From the NCBI GenBank assembly GCA_963796015.1, contig CAWCJR010000002.1:21657-85656 (forward strand): 64,000 nt of DNA. The letters are read 5' to 3'. The notes beneath the pieces are model-generated. The model saw only the letters and a program-made list of their open reading frames with translations. It was not told where the DNA came from and searched no databases. Below, piece by piece: positions 9,740 to 20,212 of the stretch. Each line of letters starts with the position of its first letter. The stretch's first letter is position 1. Made by a program: the position numbers and the translations under genes. The stretch comes from an uncultured Acidobacteriaceae bacterium. Its GTDB lineage: Bacteria; Acidobacteriota; Terriglobia; Terriglobales; Acidobacteriaceae.

Positions 9740-10207
9740 ATGCGAAAAGCCGTACTGATTCTTATCCTTTGCGTCGCGCTCCCCGCTGCGCTCAATGCAG
9801 AGCAAAGCTCATGGTCCAACCTGAATCGCCTCAAACCTGGCCAGGGAATTATCGTGATCGAGTCCGGCGCGAAACATCACGCCGGGAAATTTGTCAGCGT
9901 GACCGATGAATCGCTCACCCTAAATGAAAAGGGCTCGGAGGTGTCGGTGAAACGCCAGGATATTGCGCGCGTTTCGACATCGTCCAATCCCAGGCGCGGC
10001 GAGCACGCCGTGATCGGCCTTATAGTCGGCGGACTCATTGGAGCGGGCATCGGCGCCGCCTCCGGCTCGAATACCGGTTTCTTTGGCGGATCCTCGCGCG
10101 GAATTGCCGCCCTTGTTGGCGTCGTAATCGGCGCCCCAATCGGCGCAATCGTCGGCGCTCTAATCCCGGCCCATCGCACCGTGTACCGCGCCGCCTCCGA
10201 CCATTAG
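9740..10207 (+). CDS. secreted/membrane protein with a C-terminal glycine-zipper region
   Basis: Signal peptide MRKAVLILILCVALPAALNA. The C-terminus is GLIVGGLIGAGIGAASG...ALVGVVIGAPIGAIVGALI. No named family. Confidence 0.6.
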   Translation: MRKAVLILILCVALPAALNAEQSSWSNLNRLKPGQGIIVIESGAKHHAGKFVSVTDESLTLNEKGSEVSVKRQDIARVSTSSNPRRGEHAVIGLIVGGLIGAGIGAASGSNTGFFGGSSRGIAALVGVVIGAPIGAIVGALIPAHRTVYRAASDH

Positions 10208-10312
10208 ACGGCGGGCCATTTAGAGAATCCAAGAGCAATGTATCGTTAAGAAGAAATCCTCGCTGCTATACTCCAGCCAAGAATCGCTGTTGTCATCTAT
10301 CCAGGAGATCAT

Positions 10313-11515
10313 GTGCCAATCGGTACCGCGCTGCACGAGCGAACATTTCCTCTTTGCCAGAGTCTGAACTATCGCGAGTGGTCGGGATTCTACGCCGTCA
10401 GCGTCTATGAGACGCATCATGAGCATGAGTACAATGCCATTCGGAATGCGGCCGCGCTGATTGATATCAGTCCTCTTTTTAAGTATCTGATTACCGGCAA
10501 GGATGCTACCCGCTTCGTGAACCGCGTCATCACTCGCGACATTAATAAAGTGCAGCCCGGCCAGGTGATCTACTGTTGCTGGTGCGATGAAGAAGGAAAG
10601 GTGGTGGACGACGGAACGATCACGCGCCTTTCGGAAAACACATATCGCTGGACCGCTGCCGATCCCAGCCTGCGCTGGTTCCAGCAAAACGCAATTGGTC
10701 TGGATGTCAGCATCGCGGACATCTCGGAACAGGTCGCAGCACTCGCTCTCCAGGGGCCGACGTCCGGAAGATTATTGAAATCGGTAGCCGAAGCCGACAT
10801 TGCTAATCTGAAGTATTTCCGCATGACTTCCGGAAAAATCGCGGGCGTGCCCGTTGACATCTCGCGCACCGGATACACCGGCGACTTGGGATACGAAATT
10901 TGGACGCCTTGGGGGGATGCAGTCAAAATCTGGGACACGCTGATGGAGAAGGGCCGGCAATTCGATATTCACGCCGCGGGAATGTTAGCCCTGGATGTGG
11001 CCCGCATTGAAGCGGGATTGTTGCTGATCGAAGTTGATTACACATCCAGCAAGAAAGCGCTGATCCCATCGCAAAAGTATTCTCCGTTCGAACTCGGAAT
11101 GGCTCGTATGGTGCACTTCGAAAAAGAAAACTTCACGGGACGGTCGGCTCTTTTACGCGAACAAAGTCAATCTCAATCCGCCTTTCGACGTCTCGTTGGC
11201 TTAGAGGTTGACTGGCCGTCGGTCGAAGAACTATATGACGAAATGGGACTTGCCTCTCAGGCTTCGAGTATTGCATCCCGTGTGCACGTCCCGCTCTATT
11301 CCGGCAGGCAACAAGCCGGAAAAGCAACTTCGACTACGTGGTCGCCGCTGCTTAAGAAAATGATTGCGCTGGGCAGCGTGCGTTCGGAGTACGCCAGTGA
11401 AGGGTCAACGCTCGAAATGGAAATTACGATTGAGGCAACGCGGCGTACCGTGCCTGCCAAGATCGTGAAGCTTCCGTTTTACAATCCACCGCGAAAAACC
11501 GCCACACCCATATAG
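10313..11515 (+). CDS. aminomethyltransferase (GcvT/DmdA) family protein
   Basis: 400 aa. HEYNAIRNAAALIDISPLFKYLITGKDATRFVNRVITRDI, GYTGDLGYEIW and AAGMLALDVARIEAGLLL are folate-binding GcvT-family motifs. GTG start lies 5 nt after AGGAG. Confidence 0.85.
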   Translation: MPIGTALHERTFPLCQSLNYREWSGFYAVSVYETHHEHEYNAIRNAAALIDISPLFKYLITGKDATRFVNRVITRDINKVQPGQVIYCCWCDEEGKVVDDGTITRLSENTYRWTAADPSLRWFQQNAIGLDVSIADISEQVAALALQGPTSGRLLKSVAEADIANLKYFRMTSGKIAGVPVDISRTGYTGDLGYEIWTPWGDAVKIWDTLMEKGRQFDIHAAGMLALDVARIEAGLLLIEVDYTSSKKALIPSQKYSPFELGMARMVHFEKENFTGRSALLREQSQSQSAFRRLVGLEVDWPSVEELYDEMGLASQASSIASRVHVPLYSGRQQAGKATSTTWSPLLKKMIALGSVRSEYASEGSTLEMEITIEATRRTVPAKIVKLPFYNPPRKTATPI

Positions 11516-11555
11516 AGTCGTCCCTAATCAAAAGTTGGTTGGCGACAATGAACCG

Positions 11556-12710
11556 CTAATCTGTTGCCGTGGACAGATTGGCTGCGCGGACCGGTTCGCC
11601 CGCGTCCTCCGCAAAAAATTCGCGGACGCAATTGAACACATAATTCTGCTGCTCTTCGGCAAGTTCCGGGTAAATCGGCAAGGCAAGCGTTTCGTTCGCG
11701 GCCCGCTCGCTCTCGGGGAAGCTGCCGCGGCCCATTCCCAGGTATGCGAAGCATTCTTGCAGGTGCATGGGCACGGGGTAGTAAATTTCCGTGCCGACGC
11801 CTTTCTTCTGAACAAAGGACCGCAATTCGTCGCGTCGTGAAACGCGAATCACATATTGATTAAAGATGTGGCGATCAGCCTCTGAAACTGGAACACCAAC
11901 TGGCAATGCAGCTTCACTGAACAAGCGATCATATCTTTTCGCGTTGCGCTGCCGAGCCGCCGTCCATCCATCGAGATGCGCGAGCTTTACAGAGACAATT
12001 GCCGCCTGAAGAGCGTCGAGGCGGAAATTTCCGCCGATAATTTTATGGTGATATTTCGGCTTGGCCCCGTGTCCTCGCAGGCACTTCAATTTCTCCGCGC
12101 GCTGAGAATCATTGGTGACAATCATTCCGCCGTCCCCCGCGGCTCCCAAATTCTTTGATGGAAAAAATGACAGGCATCCATAATGTCCAATCGAACCAGC
12201 GCGATGCCCTTTATATTCCGCGCCGATTGCCTGAGCGGCGTCTTCGATGGCGAGCAGGCCATGCTTCTCCGCGATCTGCATTATCGGATCCATGTCAGCC
12301 ATCTGCCCGTAAAGATGTACCGGAATCAGTGCCCGAGTTCTATCGGTTATTTTCGATGAGATCTGGGATATATCCAGGTTGTAAGTCTGCGGGTCAATAT
12401 CCACGAAAACCGGCGTAGCCCCGACCCGCGCGATTGCGCCCGCTGTTGCGAAGAACGTGTATGGAGTGGTGATGACCTCATCGCCAACGCCGATATTTTC
12501 GGCCATCAGACACGCGAGCAATGCCTCCGTCCCGGACGAAACCCCGACCCCGTGTGCGCAACCCGAATACTCAGCTACGGCCGTTTCACATTGCTCCACC
12601 TTCGGCCCCAAAATGAAATGCTGGGATTCGAACACTTCCGCAATTGCCGCATCAACTTCGGCCTTGATAGTCGCGTATTGGGCCTTCAAATCGAGGAGCG
12701 GAACGTTCAT
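11556..12710 (-). CDS. DegT/DnrJ/EryC1/StrS family PLP-dependent sugar aminotransferase
   Basis: 384 aa. VPLLDLKAQY...ESQHFILGP, SSGTEALLACL, VITTPYTFFATAGAI, and SFFPSKNLGAAGDGG (PLP-lysine region). Confidence 0.9.
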   Translation of the reverse strand: MNVPLLDLKAQYATIKAEVDAAIAEVFESQHFILGPKVEQCETAVAEYSGCAHGVGVSSGTEALLACLMAENIGVGDEVITTPYTFFATAGAIARVGATPVFVDIDPQTYNLDISQISSKITDRTRALIPVHLYGQMADMDPIMQIAEKHGLLAIEDAAQAIGAEYKGHRAGSIGHYGCLSFFPSKNLGAAGDGGMIVTNDSQRAEKLKCLRGHGAKPKYHHKIIGGNFRLDALQAAIVSVKLAHLDGWTAARQRNAKRYDRLFSEAALPVGVPVSEADRHIFNQYVIRVSRRDELRSFVQKKGVGTEIYYPVPMHLQECFAYLGMGRGSFPESERAANETLALPIYPELAEEQQNYVFNCVREFFAEDAGEPVRAANLSTATD

Positions 12711-12767
12711 GACTGCATGCCTTTCTTTAATAGATCTGTAGTTTCGGACAAAACCCGGTTCGACTGT

Positions 12768-14930
12768 ATGATGATCTCCCTGAATATGCGAGCGCTCAGC
12801 ATTTTTTTAGTTCTGTGCTTGTTCCCCGCAAAACCACTCCACGCTAACCCTATCCTCTATCCTATCGCGCCTGAGCTTCGTTCCGATCATTTCCATGTTT
12901 CAATTGCAGGTCATGATTCCCCTGTTGCGCACGCGGCGACTACCTATTACTTCATCAATTTTGAACTCGAGGGCAAAACGAATATCTCAATCACCGCGGA
13001 CGCGGACGGCTACTGGGATAAAGGTGTTGAGGTTCAACCCTGGCGATGGGGCATACGACCCCAAGTGAATGGACGAACCATCTCTTTTCGCATCACCGAA
13101 CCCATGAAACTTTGTATATCGCGCCCCGGCGATCATGGTGCCGGATCGGAAATGCTTTTCATCTTCGCCAATGCTCCTGAGATCAATCCGCCGCGGCAGG
13201 GTCAGGCTGGCGTGCGCTTCTACGGCCCCGGCACCTATCACGAGAACATTGAGACAAAGAGTGGGGAGACAATTTACATCGCCCCTGGAGCCGTAATCTT
13301 CGGATCGCTCAATCTTTGGGGTGTCGAAAACGTGAAGGTGATAGGACGGGGAACCATCGTGTACGACGGGCCCCAAAATCCCGATCACGACGAGGGATGG
13401 ATGCACAAGCGGAATTGGCATGCCATCGTGATGGACCACGCGCGGAATATTCAAATCACTGGAATCACCTGTGTCGTGCGCAGCCGCACCTGGATGATTC
13501 AGATGCTGGGCTCGCATAATGTCACGTTCGATAATGTGAAAGTCATTGGAGGCTGCCCCGGCAATGCCAATCAGGATGGAATGGATTGGCTCGGCGGCGG
13601 CGATACCGTCGTCCACGATTCGTTTTTCCGTGCCTCCGATGACGTCTTCGCGCTCCAGGGAAATTGGCTTGGCTACGATCCGCAATCCATGGCGACGCCG
13701 GGCGAGACGATAAGCAATATCTCGATTGACGATTCAGTCCTCTCAACCAGCATTTCCAACATTGTTCGAGTTAGCTGGCCCATGAAAATTTTCGACACGA
13801 GTCATTTCAAGATGACGAATTCCGACGTCATTCATATGGGAATGGGCGGTTGCGTAATACCTTTTGGCCTTCTGGACATCTGGAACGACGCTACGGGGAA
13901 AGGCCAGCACTCGGATTATTCATTTGAGAACATACGTTTGGAAGATTGGTATTCATTGTTGCAATTGAGGTACCCACAGCAGGGCATTCGCGATGTAACT
14001 CTGAAAAACGTGTGGGCTTTGGAAAATCCATCGCTCGTTCCATCCGTTTTGTCGGGCGATGTGAGCGGTGTGACGATTGAAAATACGAAAGTCGCGGGCA
14101 ACTTGGTCACTGGCAATGAAGACATACCGATGACGGTGGAGGCGGGTGCGTCCGCGCCTTTGTATAGCCAGGAAGACGGACCGCACGCCGCTTTTCGTTT
14201 CGACCCCGCCGCGGTGAGGGACGGGAATCTTGTGAAATTTGACGCATCCGGGTCCGCTGGCCGCATAAAAAAATACGGATGGATTTTTGGCGACGGAACA
14301 CGAGCTCACGGTCGAACAGTCCACCATACTTTTCACGACACGCAAGGAACTTTTATGGATGGCTCTGGCCGTTTTCGTGTACTTCTAAAAGTCACCGACG
14401 ACAGCGGGCGAGAAGACTGGACGTATCAACCGGTTTTAGTCACCGATAGCTATTCTCCTGCCCTAACCGGCACGACTGCGGTCGTAACCGGATGGCACTA
14501 TCAATATTTTGAGGGCAATGCTTTGAATCTGGCGGATCTGGCGCAGTTGACTCCATCTGCAACCGGCACGAGCAAGACATTAACTGTTACCGGCCGTGAA
14601 AGAACTGAGAATTACGGATTTATCTTTGACGGCGTATTTGAAGTCCCGGCAGGCGGCGGCTACACATTTCTCTTGCTGGGAAATGACGCCTCCGAACTGC
14701 AAATTGATTCCCATGTAGTCGCGGTAAGCCCTCTACCGAAGCCGCAAGTGTGCGGCACGCCCGGAAACATGGTGCAGTTGACGACCGGAGACATCGGGCT
14801 CAAAGCCGGGAAGCACGCACTTCACGCGGAAATGACACACTCATTAGGGCCGGACGGATTCGCTGTGAAGTGGCAGGGACCAGGCGCGAAATTAACTGAC
14901 ATGGGCAGCGAGTCTGGCCCACGCGATTGA
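12768..14930 (+). CDS. secreted right-handed beta-helix glycosidase-like protein (GH28/GH49-like) with PKD and PA14 domains
   Basis: Signal peptide from ATG 12768. NANQDGMDW...SFFRASDDVFALQ resembles the Asp-rich catalytic strands of pectin-lyase-fold hydrolases. FDASGSAGRIKKYGWIFGDGT...VLLKVTDDSGRED is PKD. GWHYQYFEGNAL...GYTFLLLGNDASELQIDSHVV is PA14. Confidence 0.65.
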   Translation: MMISLNMRALSIFLVLCLFPAKPLHANPILYPIAPELRSDHFHVSIAGHDSPVAHAATTYYFINFELEGKTNISITADADGYWDKGVEVQPWRWGIRPQVNGRTISFRITEPMKLCISRPGDHGAGSEMLFIFANAPEINPPRQGQAGVRFYGPGTYHENIETKSGETIYIAPGAVIFGSLNLWGVENVKVIGRGTIVYDGPQNPDHDEGWMHKRNWHAIVMDHARNIQITGITCVVRSRTWMIQMLGSHNVTFDNVKVIGGCPGNANQDGMDWLGGGDTVVHDSFFRASDDVFALQGNWLGYDPQSMATPGETISNISIDDSVLSTSISNIVRVSWPMKIFDTSHFKMTNSDVIHMGMGGCVIPFGLLDIWNDATGKGQHSDYSFENIRLEDWYSLLQLRYPQQGIRDVTLKNVWALENPSLVPSVLSGDVSGVTIENTKVAGNLVTGNEDIPMTVEAGASAPLYSQEDGPHAAFRFDPAAVRDGNLVKFDASGSAGRIKKYGWIFGDGTRAHGRTVHHTFHDTQGTFMDGSGRFRVLLKVTDDSGREDWTYQPVLVTDSYSPALTGTTAVVTGWHYQYFEGNALNLADLAQLTPSATGTSKTLTVTGRERTENYGFIFDGVFEVPAGGGYTFLLLGNDASELQIDSHVVAVSPLPKPQVCGTPGNMVQLTTGDIGLKAGKHALHAEMTHSLGPDGFAVKWQGPGAKLTDMGSESGPRD

Positions 14931-14959
14931 ACTCTATATACGCTTTTCTGAAAACACCC

Positions 14960-16276
14960 TCATGCGCCAGTCAGTTTCTTCTGCATGTTCTCCAGCGAAA
15001 CGCCTTTAGTTTCGGGGTATACGAATAGGACGACAGCGGCCATCAATGGAAATATTCCTGAAATTAGCGCGTTCATAAACCAATGCGAGAAACTGCCAAG
15101 GCTTTGGCCTTTGGCTCTGACTGAATTCGGAAAGACCTCGGAAAGATAAACCCAGATCACTGCGCCTTGAGAGAATGCGAAAAATGCAATGTAGCCGATC
15201 AGCAGCCAAACCAGATAGCCCTGATGCCGGTCGGTGAAGAAGATCACAGACACGCCGGCAAGACAAATGGCGGTGCCGACCGAACCTAGCAGAAGCAAGG
15301 TCTTGCGGCCAATCTTGTCAATCACAGACATAGCAATCATCGTGAAGAGAAGGTTGGTCGCACCCACAGCAACCGCTTGAATGTTGCCCGAGACCTTACT
15401 GAAACCGGCATGCGCGAAAATATCGTTCAGGTAATACAGAATGGCATTGATACCCGAGAGCTGATTAAACATGCCAATCGTCACCGCCAAAAAAATCGGG
15501 AAAGCGTACCGTCGCGAAAATAACTTTTCTTTGGCCCGGTCCTGCTCAATGCGAATTGACTCAACGATTTCCTCAATATCTCGCTGAAAATCCTGCTCTC
15601 CGCTTGCTTCCAGCACAGTTGACGCTTCTGCTACGCGTCCTTGCTTAACCAGCCATCGCGGACTCTCGGGAATCCCAAATAACATCAGAAAGAAAAACGC
15701 GGCGGGAAGCGCAGTTACTCCAAGTTCCCATCTCCATTCGAGTGCTCCAAATCCACGCAGTCCAATTTCATAATTCGAGAAATATGCCAGAAGAATTCCG
15801 AAGACCACATTAAATTGGAAAAAACCCACCAGTCGCCCGCGCATCCTTGCAGGAGCGATCTCCGCGATATACATGGGGCCGAGTACGGATGAGCCTCCAG
15901 CAGGAGCGATCTCCGCGATATACATGGGGCCGAGTACGGATGAGCCTCCAATGGCAATTCCTCCCATGAACCGGAAAGTAATAAGTGCCGGCCAACTCCA
16001 CGCGAAAGCACAACCGACGGCGGAGACGAGATACAAAATCGCCATCAGCCGCAGGCTATTGCGACGCCCGAGACGGTCTCCCGGCACACCTGCCAGCATC
16101 GCTCCCAACACCGTTCCCCACAGAGCGCTCGCCACCGTTACACCCAACACAGTGGGAGACAAGGAGTAGGTTTGAGTAAGGCCGCCGGTCGTCCCCGAGA
16201 TTACCGCCGTATCGAAGCCAAAGAGAAGACCGCCCAAGGCGGCCACCACCGTACTCTTCAACAGATATTTGTTCAT
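14960..16276 (-). CDS. MFS sugar porter (XylE/GalP-like) carrying an internal 17-aa tandem duplication
   Basis: GGLLFGFDTAVISG, GDRLGRR, PMYIAEIAPARMRGRL, PESPRWL and PETKG motifs. Start taken at ATG 16276 (MNKYLL). See the repeat at 15849..15950. Confidence 0.85.
   Translation of the reverse strand: MNKYLLKSTVVAALGGLLFGFDTAVISGTTGGLTQTYSLSPTVLGVTVASALWGTVLGAMLAGVPGDRLGRRNSLRLMAILYLVSAVGCAFAWSWPALITFRFMGGIAIGGSSVLGPMYIAEIAPAGGSSVLGPMYIAEIAPARMRGRLVGFFQFNVVFGILLAYFSNYEIGLRGFGALEWRWELGVTALPAAFFFLMLFGIPESPRWLVKQGRVAEASTVLEASGEQDFQRDIEEIVESIRIEQDRAKEKLFSRRYAFPIFLAVTIGMFNQLSGINAILYYLNDIFAHAGFSKVSGNIQAVAVGATNLLFTMIAMSVIDKIGRKTLLLLGSVGTAICLAGVSVIFFTDRHQGYLVWLLIGYIAFFAFSQGAVIWVYLSEVFPNSVRAKGQSLGSFSHWFMNALISGIFPLMAAVVLFVYPETKGVSLENMQKKLTGA
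15849..15950. repeat. perfect 2 x 51-bp tandem duplication inside the sugar-porter gene
   Basis: Unit gcaggagcgatctccgcgatatacatggggccgagtacggatgagcctcca occurs at 15849..15899 and again, identical, at 15900..15950. It duplicates GGSSVLGPMYIAEIAPA in frame. Confidence 0.95.
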
Positions 16277-16404
16277 GGTGATTTTGCTCGCTATTCCGGT
16301 CCGCGAGGACACTACCACTTCTCTGCTCAAGCTTCGCGCTCAAAGAAAGCAGTTTTATGAGCAGGTTATTGTAGCGGCGTCAGATACCAAAATCATCCGG
16401 GTTT

Positions 16405-18308
16405 TTAGCGGTCTTGCGTGACCGCTCTTCGATAATCATCGGCGGTCGTTCGATAACAAGGAAGAAGATCATTTCGATCATTGGGAGCCAACGCTGGCGG
16501 GCCGGTTGCGTACTTCGATCCAGAGTGTTTTTCGTCGGTTTGCGGCCACGTCATTTGCAGCAGGGTTTCATCGCAGGCAGGATCTCGAGTGACGCGGAGT
16601 CTATAAACTTTCGAATTGTCCAGACCATAATCAGCAAGCCGTGGCTGATAAGGAAGAGATTCGTAAACCAGTTTTATAAGTTCCGGGTCGCCCTTCTTGA
16701 CGCGCCGCTCGGCAATAAAAACTTCGTAATTGGAAAAATAAGAAGAGTTGGGCAAACTCACGGCCATCCCTATCACGCGTATGGGAAGTTCGATTGTAGC
16801 CGGGTCATTCGCGCTATCAATCTTCGGTGGCGCAGGAGTAGCAGCTTGCGCCTCCGAACCCCCGGATGCGCCTTTTTCGATAGAGCTAAGCGAATCCTGT
16901 AGTGATGACGATGGCGGAAGCGCCTGTTGACCGCCTGACAATGTGGCGACGCGTCCGCTTCCCGGTCCCGTGCTTCCCGTGCCGCTAAGTGATGGAGTCG
17001 GAGCGACGGCTCTGCGATCGGCGACCGAAAGCGTAATTCCCTTTCCTCCAGCGACAGAATTGGGGCCGCCTAGTGATGCGGGAGGTGGTATCACGGACTT
17101 TCCGGTGCCAGTACCAGATAACGCCGCAACCCGCCGCCCTCCAGTCGCATTGCCCGATCCGATTGATGGAGGCGGCGGTACTACCGCAATATCTCGTCCA
17201 GATAGCGAACTTGAGTGTCCGGAAAGACCCGTTGCGGCCCTTATGGAGGGAGCGGGAGATATTGCGGAACTTCCAGACATGGAAAGCCCGGGATCTATTC
17301 CGCGAAAAATTCCCGACCCCTTCACCGGAAGGAGCCGGAGGAACGACCGGCAAATCAACTCGGGAATTCAGCCGACCATTTCCCGGTATTCCGGAAGCGT
17401 GCGCAGACGCTGCCGGCATGACCACAACCGGACGTGGCAGAGAGGCGGAGCCTCGAGTAGAAACGCCTCTAATATCCAACTGTGGCGTAGGAGCCACAAC
17501 TTGGGGATTTCCAATCTGGGCGCCCGACCGGTTTGCCATCGAGGCCTGAAGGTTAGGAGCCGGCGGCACGACTAGCCGCGCTTGGCGTCGCCATGGCACG
17601 GCGGGCAGAAACCGAGCCAACATTTGCAGCCGGAGCAACGGCTGCGTCCTGCGGCAAATTAAGTCGGCGCGTTGTAGCCTGTCTAATGTTATCGGCCGGA
17701 GCCACCGCGTTTGCTGGACCTGCCGGCACGGTGAATTCGCGAAGCTTCGGTGCAAACAGCGGCATCGCTGAAGATGGAAGCGCGGCCATGACACTCTGCC
17801 GCTCGGATTGACCCGTCTTCAGCTCTGGCGGTTTCATTTCGCTCGGACTGTGCTCCCGTGCGACGCGTAGTGCGGATTTACGAGTGGGTCGCTGCGGGGT
17901 GTGGCTTTCCTGAACCCGCGGAGGCCTACCGCCTAATGCCGGAAACGTCTTCGGCGGGTAATAGGTCAGCGCTTCGTGAGCGCTCCTTCGCTGCTGGATT
18001 TCCACTTGTTTAACCCAGGTTTGCGCCACCGTCCACAACACGGACACGACCGCAAGGTGCCATAGCATGGACTCAATAAAGGCGCTCCACGGCAGCCCGC
18101 TGTGAACGAATACGTCATTCCAGAAATGGCCGGGCCTCGTCTTGGTGACGACGGGAGGCACGGATCGGCGCAGAAGCGTATCGGCTAAATTGCGAAAAAA
18201 TACCCGGTGCGCTGGTTCCAGTTCGAACAGCAGTTTTAGGTTCGGAGGTGCCTTGAGGCGAGCGTCCATGTTCGAACTCAAGTGCCCCAAACCGGTGTCT
18301 ATGGACAC
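16405..18308 (-). pseudogene. single-pass membrane protein with a long Pro/Ser/Gly-rich repeat region and a conserved C-terminal domain; two frame disruptions
   Basis: Three overlapping ORFs (17553..18308, 16985..17794, 16405..17358) read through as one protein. The order is: N-terminal LFELEP..FFRNLADTLL..FWNDVFV motif; TM helix MLWHLAVVSVLWTV; repeated ..V(V/I)(A/P)P(P/T)P(S/A).. units; then a ~150-aa C-terminal domain. Frame joins lie at ~17575..17590 and at the A-run 17305..17309. Confidence 0.65.
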
Positions 18309-18589
18309 GTCTGGATGGGATTGGGTGAGAATGTTCTCTAGATTATAGACCAGCCCATTCGCGGGGCGCCGATTTCGCGCGTAATTTCTTCACACTTGGG
18401 TAACGTGGTTGGCCCTGGGCTTGCGGAAACTCGATGCTGAGTTTATGGCGGAGCTGGTCCCGCATTTAGCAATTCGTGACTAATGTGTTTCAGCTATTGC
18501 GCGGAATGTTCTTTGACAATAGATTGCTCCTCACTTTGACGGGCTGTGCCCTTTCTTAAAGTATTTCGAATCCTGGGTGGGAGTGAGGC

Positions 18590-20111
18590 ATGAAATTAGT
18601 CTGGGGATGGTTGAGAGAATCAGTGTGTTTGGGTTTGGCAGTAGATCCTCTTCGCAGGCTGGATGTTCGGGCAACAATCCGCGACGGTTCAGCAGTCATC
18701 GCCGGAGAAAAAAGGACCCGTAGCGCCGGCGAAGCACAAACTCGGTCCCTTAGAGATCTCGATCAACTGGCGCACTCGCGCAGAGGGTTGGAATTGGTTT
18801 GAGGGCAAGACCGGAAATAGCGATTACGGGCTATGGAATTCACTGTTGCGCGTGGGGATCGGGCAGACTGGAGAGCGGTTTGACTGGTTCATTGAAGGGG
18901 AACAACCCTCCATTCTTGGCCTGCCGAATGACGCCGTGGTAGCGGCTCCGCAGGGGCAACTGGGCTTGGGCGGGACCTATTATGCCGCCAATCACAATCA
19001 CACCAACGTCGCGGATGGATTCGTAAAGCAGGCGTTTGTGAACTTCAAGGATCTCGGCCCGGCAGGATTAAAGTTGGGGCGCTTCGAATATTTTGACGGC
19101 CTGGAAGTCAAGCCCAAAGATCCATTTCTCGCGGCCGTGATACAGACACGAATCTCAAGCCGCCTGATTTCGAACTTCGCGTTCGCCGCGGTTCAAAGGA
19201 CATTCGACGGAGTCCAATTTTCCTTGGACTCCAGTAAAAATAACTTCACTTTTTTCGGCGCCCGGCCTACCGAGGGAGTTTTTCAAGTTCAAGGCATGGG
19301 CGAGCTGGACGTGGACACTTATTACGGCGCCTACACCCGGTCGGTCACCAGCAAACACAGCGCGGGAGAATTGCGCGTGTTCGCGCTGGGCTACATTGAT
19401 CATCGCACTCTGGTATTGAAAACCGACGACCGCCCTACGGCGGTTCGCACCGCCGATCACGGGAAGCTTGAGATTGCGACGTGGGGCGCCGACTATGTCC
19501 ACGTGATCAACACAACGAATGCCGGGAAGTTCGATTTTCTCGCTTGGGGCGCAGTCCAAACCGGTTCATGGGGCAACCTTACGCAACGCGCTGGCGCGTT
19601 CGTGGGCGAGGCAGGATGGCAACCGCCTGTAAAAGTCTTGAAGCCGTGGTTGAGCGCGGGTTATTCATACGGCAGCGGCGACGGCAATCCCAATGACTCG
19701 ACCCATGGCACGTTCTTTCAGGTCTTGACGACGCCACGCCAATACGCGCGCTTTCCCTTTTACAACATGATGAACAATGAAGACTGGTATGGCACGCTGA
19801 ACCTGCGTCCGGTCGCAAAGCTGGCCCTCCGCAGCGAAGCGCACGCCATGCGGCTGGCGAGCGCTTCCGACCTGTGGTATTTGGGTGGAGGGGCATTTCA
19901 GTCCAACACGTTTGGCTATACCGGCCGGCCCGCAAACGGCAGCCGCGGACTGGCCAACGTGTGGGACCTCAACGCCGACTATCAAGTTACCCGCTCTTTT
20001 AGCACTACGTTGTATTACGGCCATGCCTGGGGTAAGAGCGTAATCGCAAAAATTTATCCCAACGATGCCAATGGGCAGCTCATTTTTCTTGAGACCAACT
20101 TTCATTTCTGA
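18590..20111 (+). pseudogene. alginate-export (AlgE-like) family outer-membrane porin; frame disruption in the signal peptide
   Basis: The body 18663..20111 is beta-rich and ends in ..LETNFHF. The N-terminal ISINWRTRAEGWNWF and LKLGRFEY motifs are typical of the alginate_exp family. ATG 18590 follows GGGAGTGAGG. Removing 1 nt near 18644 gives MKLVWGWLRESVCLGLAV|ILFAGWMFGQQ. Without that repair the only start is the internal ATG at 18663. Confidence 0.6.
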
Positions 20112-20212
20112 AGTTGTGAAGCCGGCTCTAATACAAAACTGCTATTGATCGAAAGCAGCTAAAGTGTGATCGTGATCACGTTTGTCCGGAAGTTGCTGGT
20201 CCCGAAAGAACT

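Noticed and set aside
10208-10312. Glycine or THF riboswitch in front of the GcvT-family gene
   Set aside because: The leader is only ~100 nt long and lacks the conserved GGAGAG...CACCG-type cores.
12987-13685. 232-aa antisense ORF inside the beta-helix glycosidase gene. Similar long shadow ORFs occur at 20510..21076, 48424..49086, 58208..59098, 47100..47753 and 33198..33851.
   Set aside because: All lie opposite or out of frame to genes with clear domain signatures. They have Arg/Gly/Pro-skewed, motif-free translations typical of high-GC shadow ORFs.
15849-15950. Possible CRISPR or other spaced repeat array
   Set aside because: There are only two directly abutting identical 51-nt units inside a coding gene, with no spacers and no cas genes. 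It is a tandem duplication. No CRISPR-like array was seen anywhere in the window.
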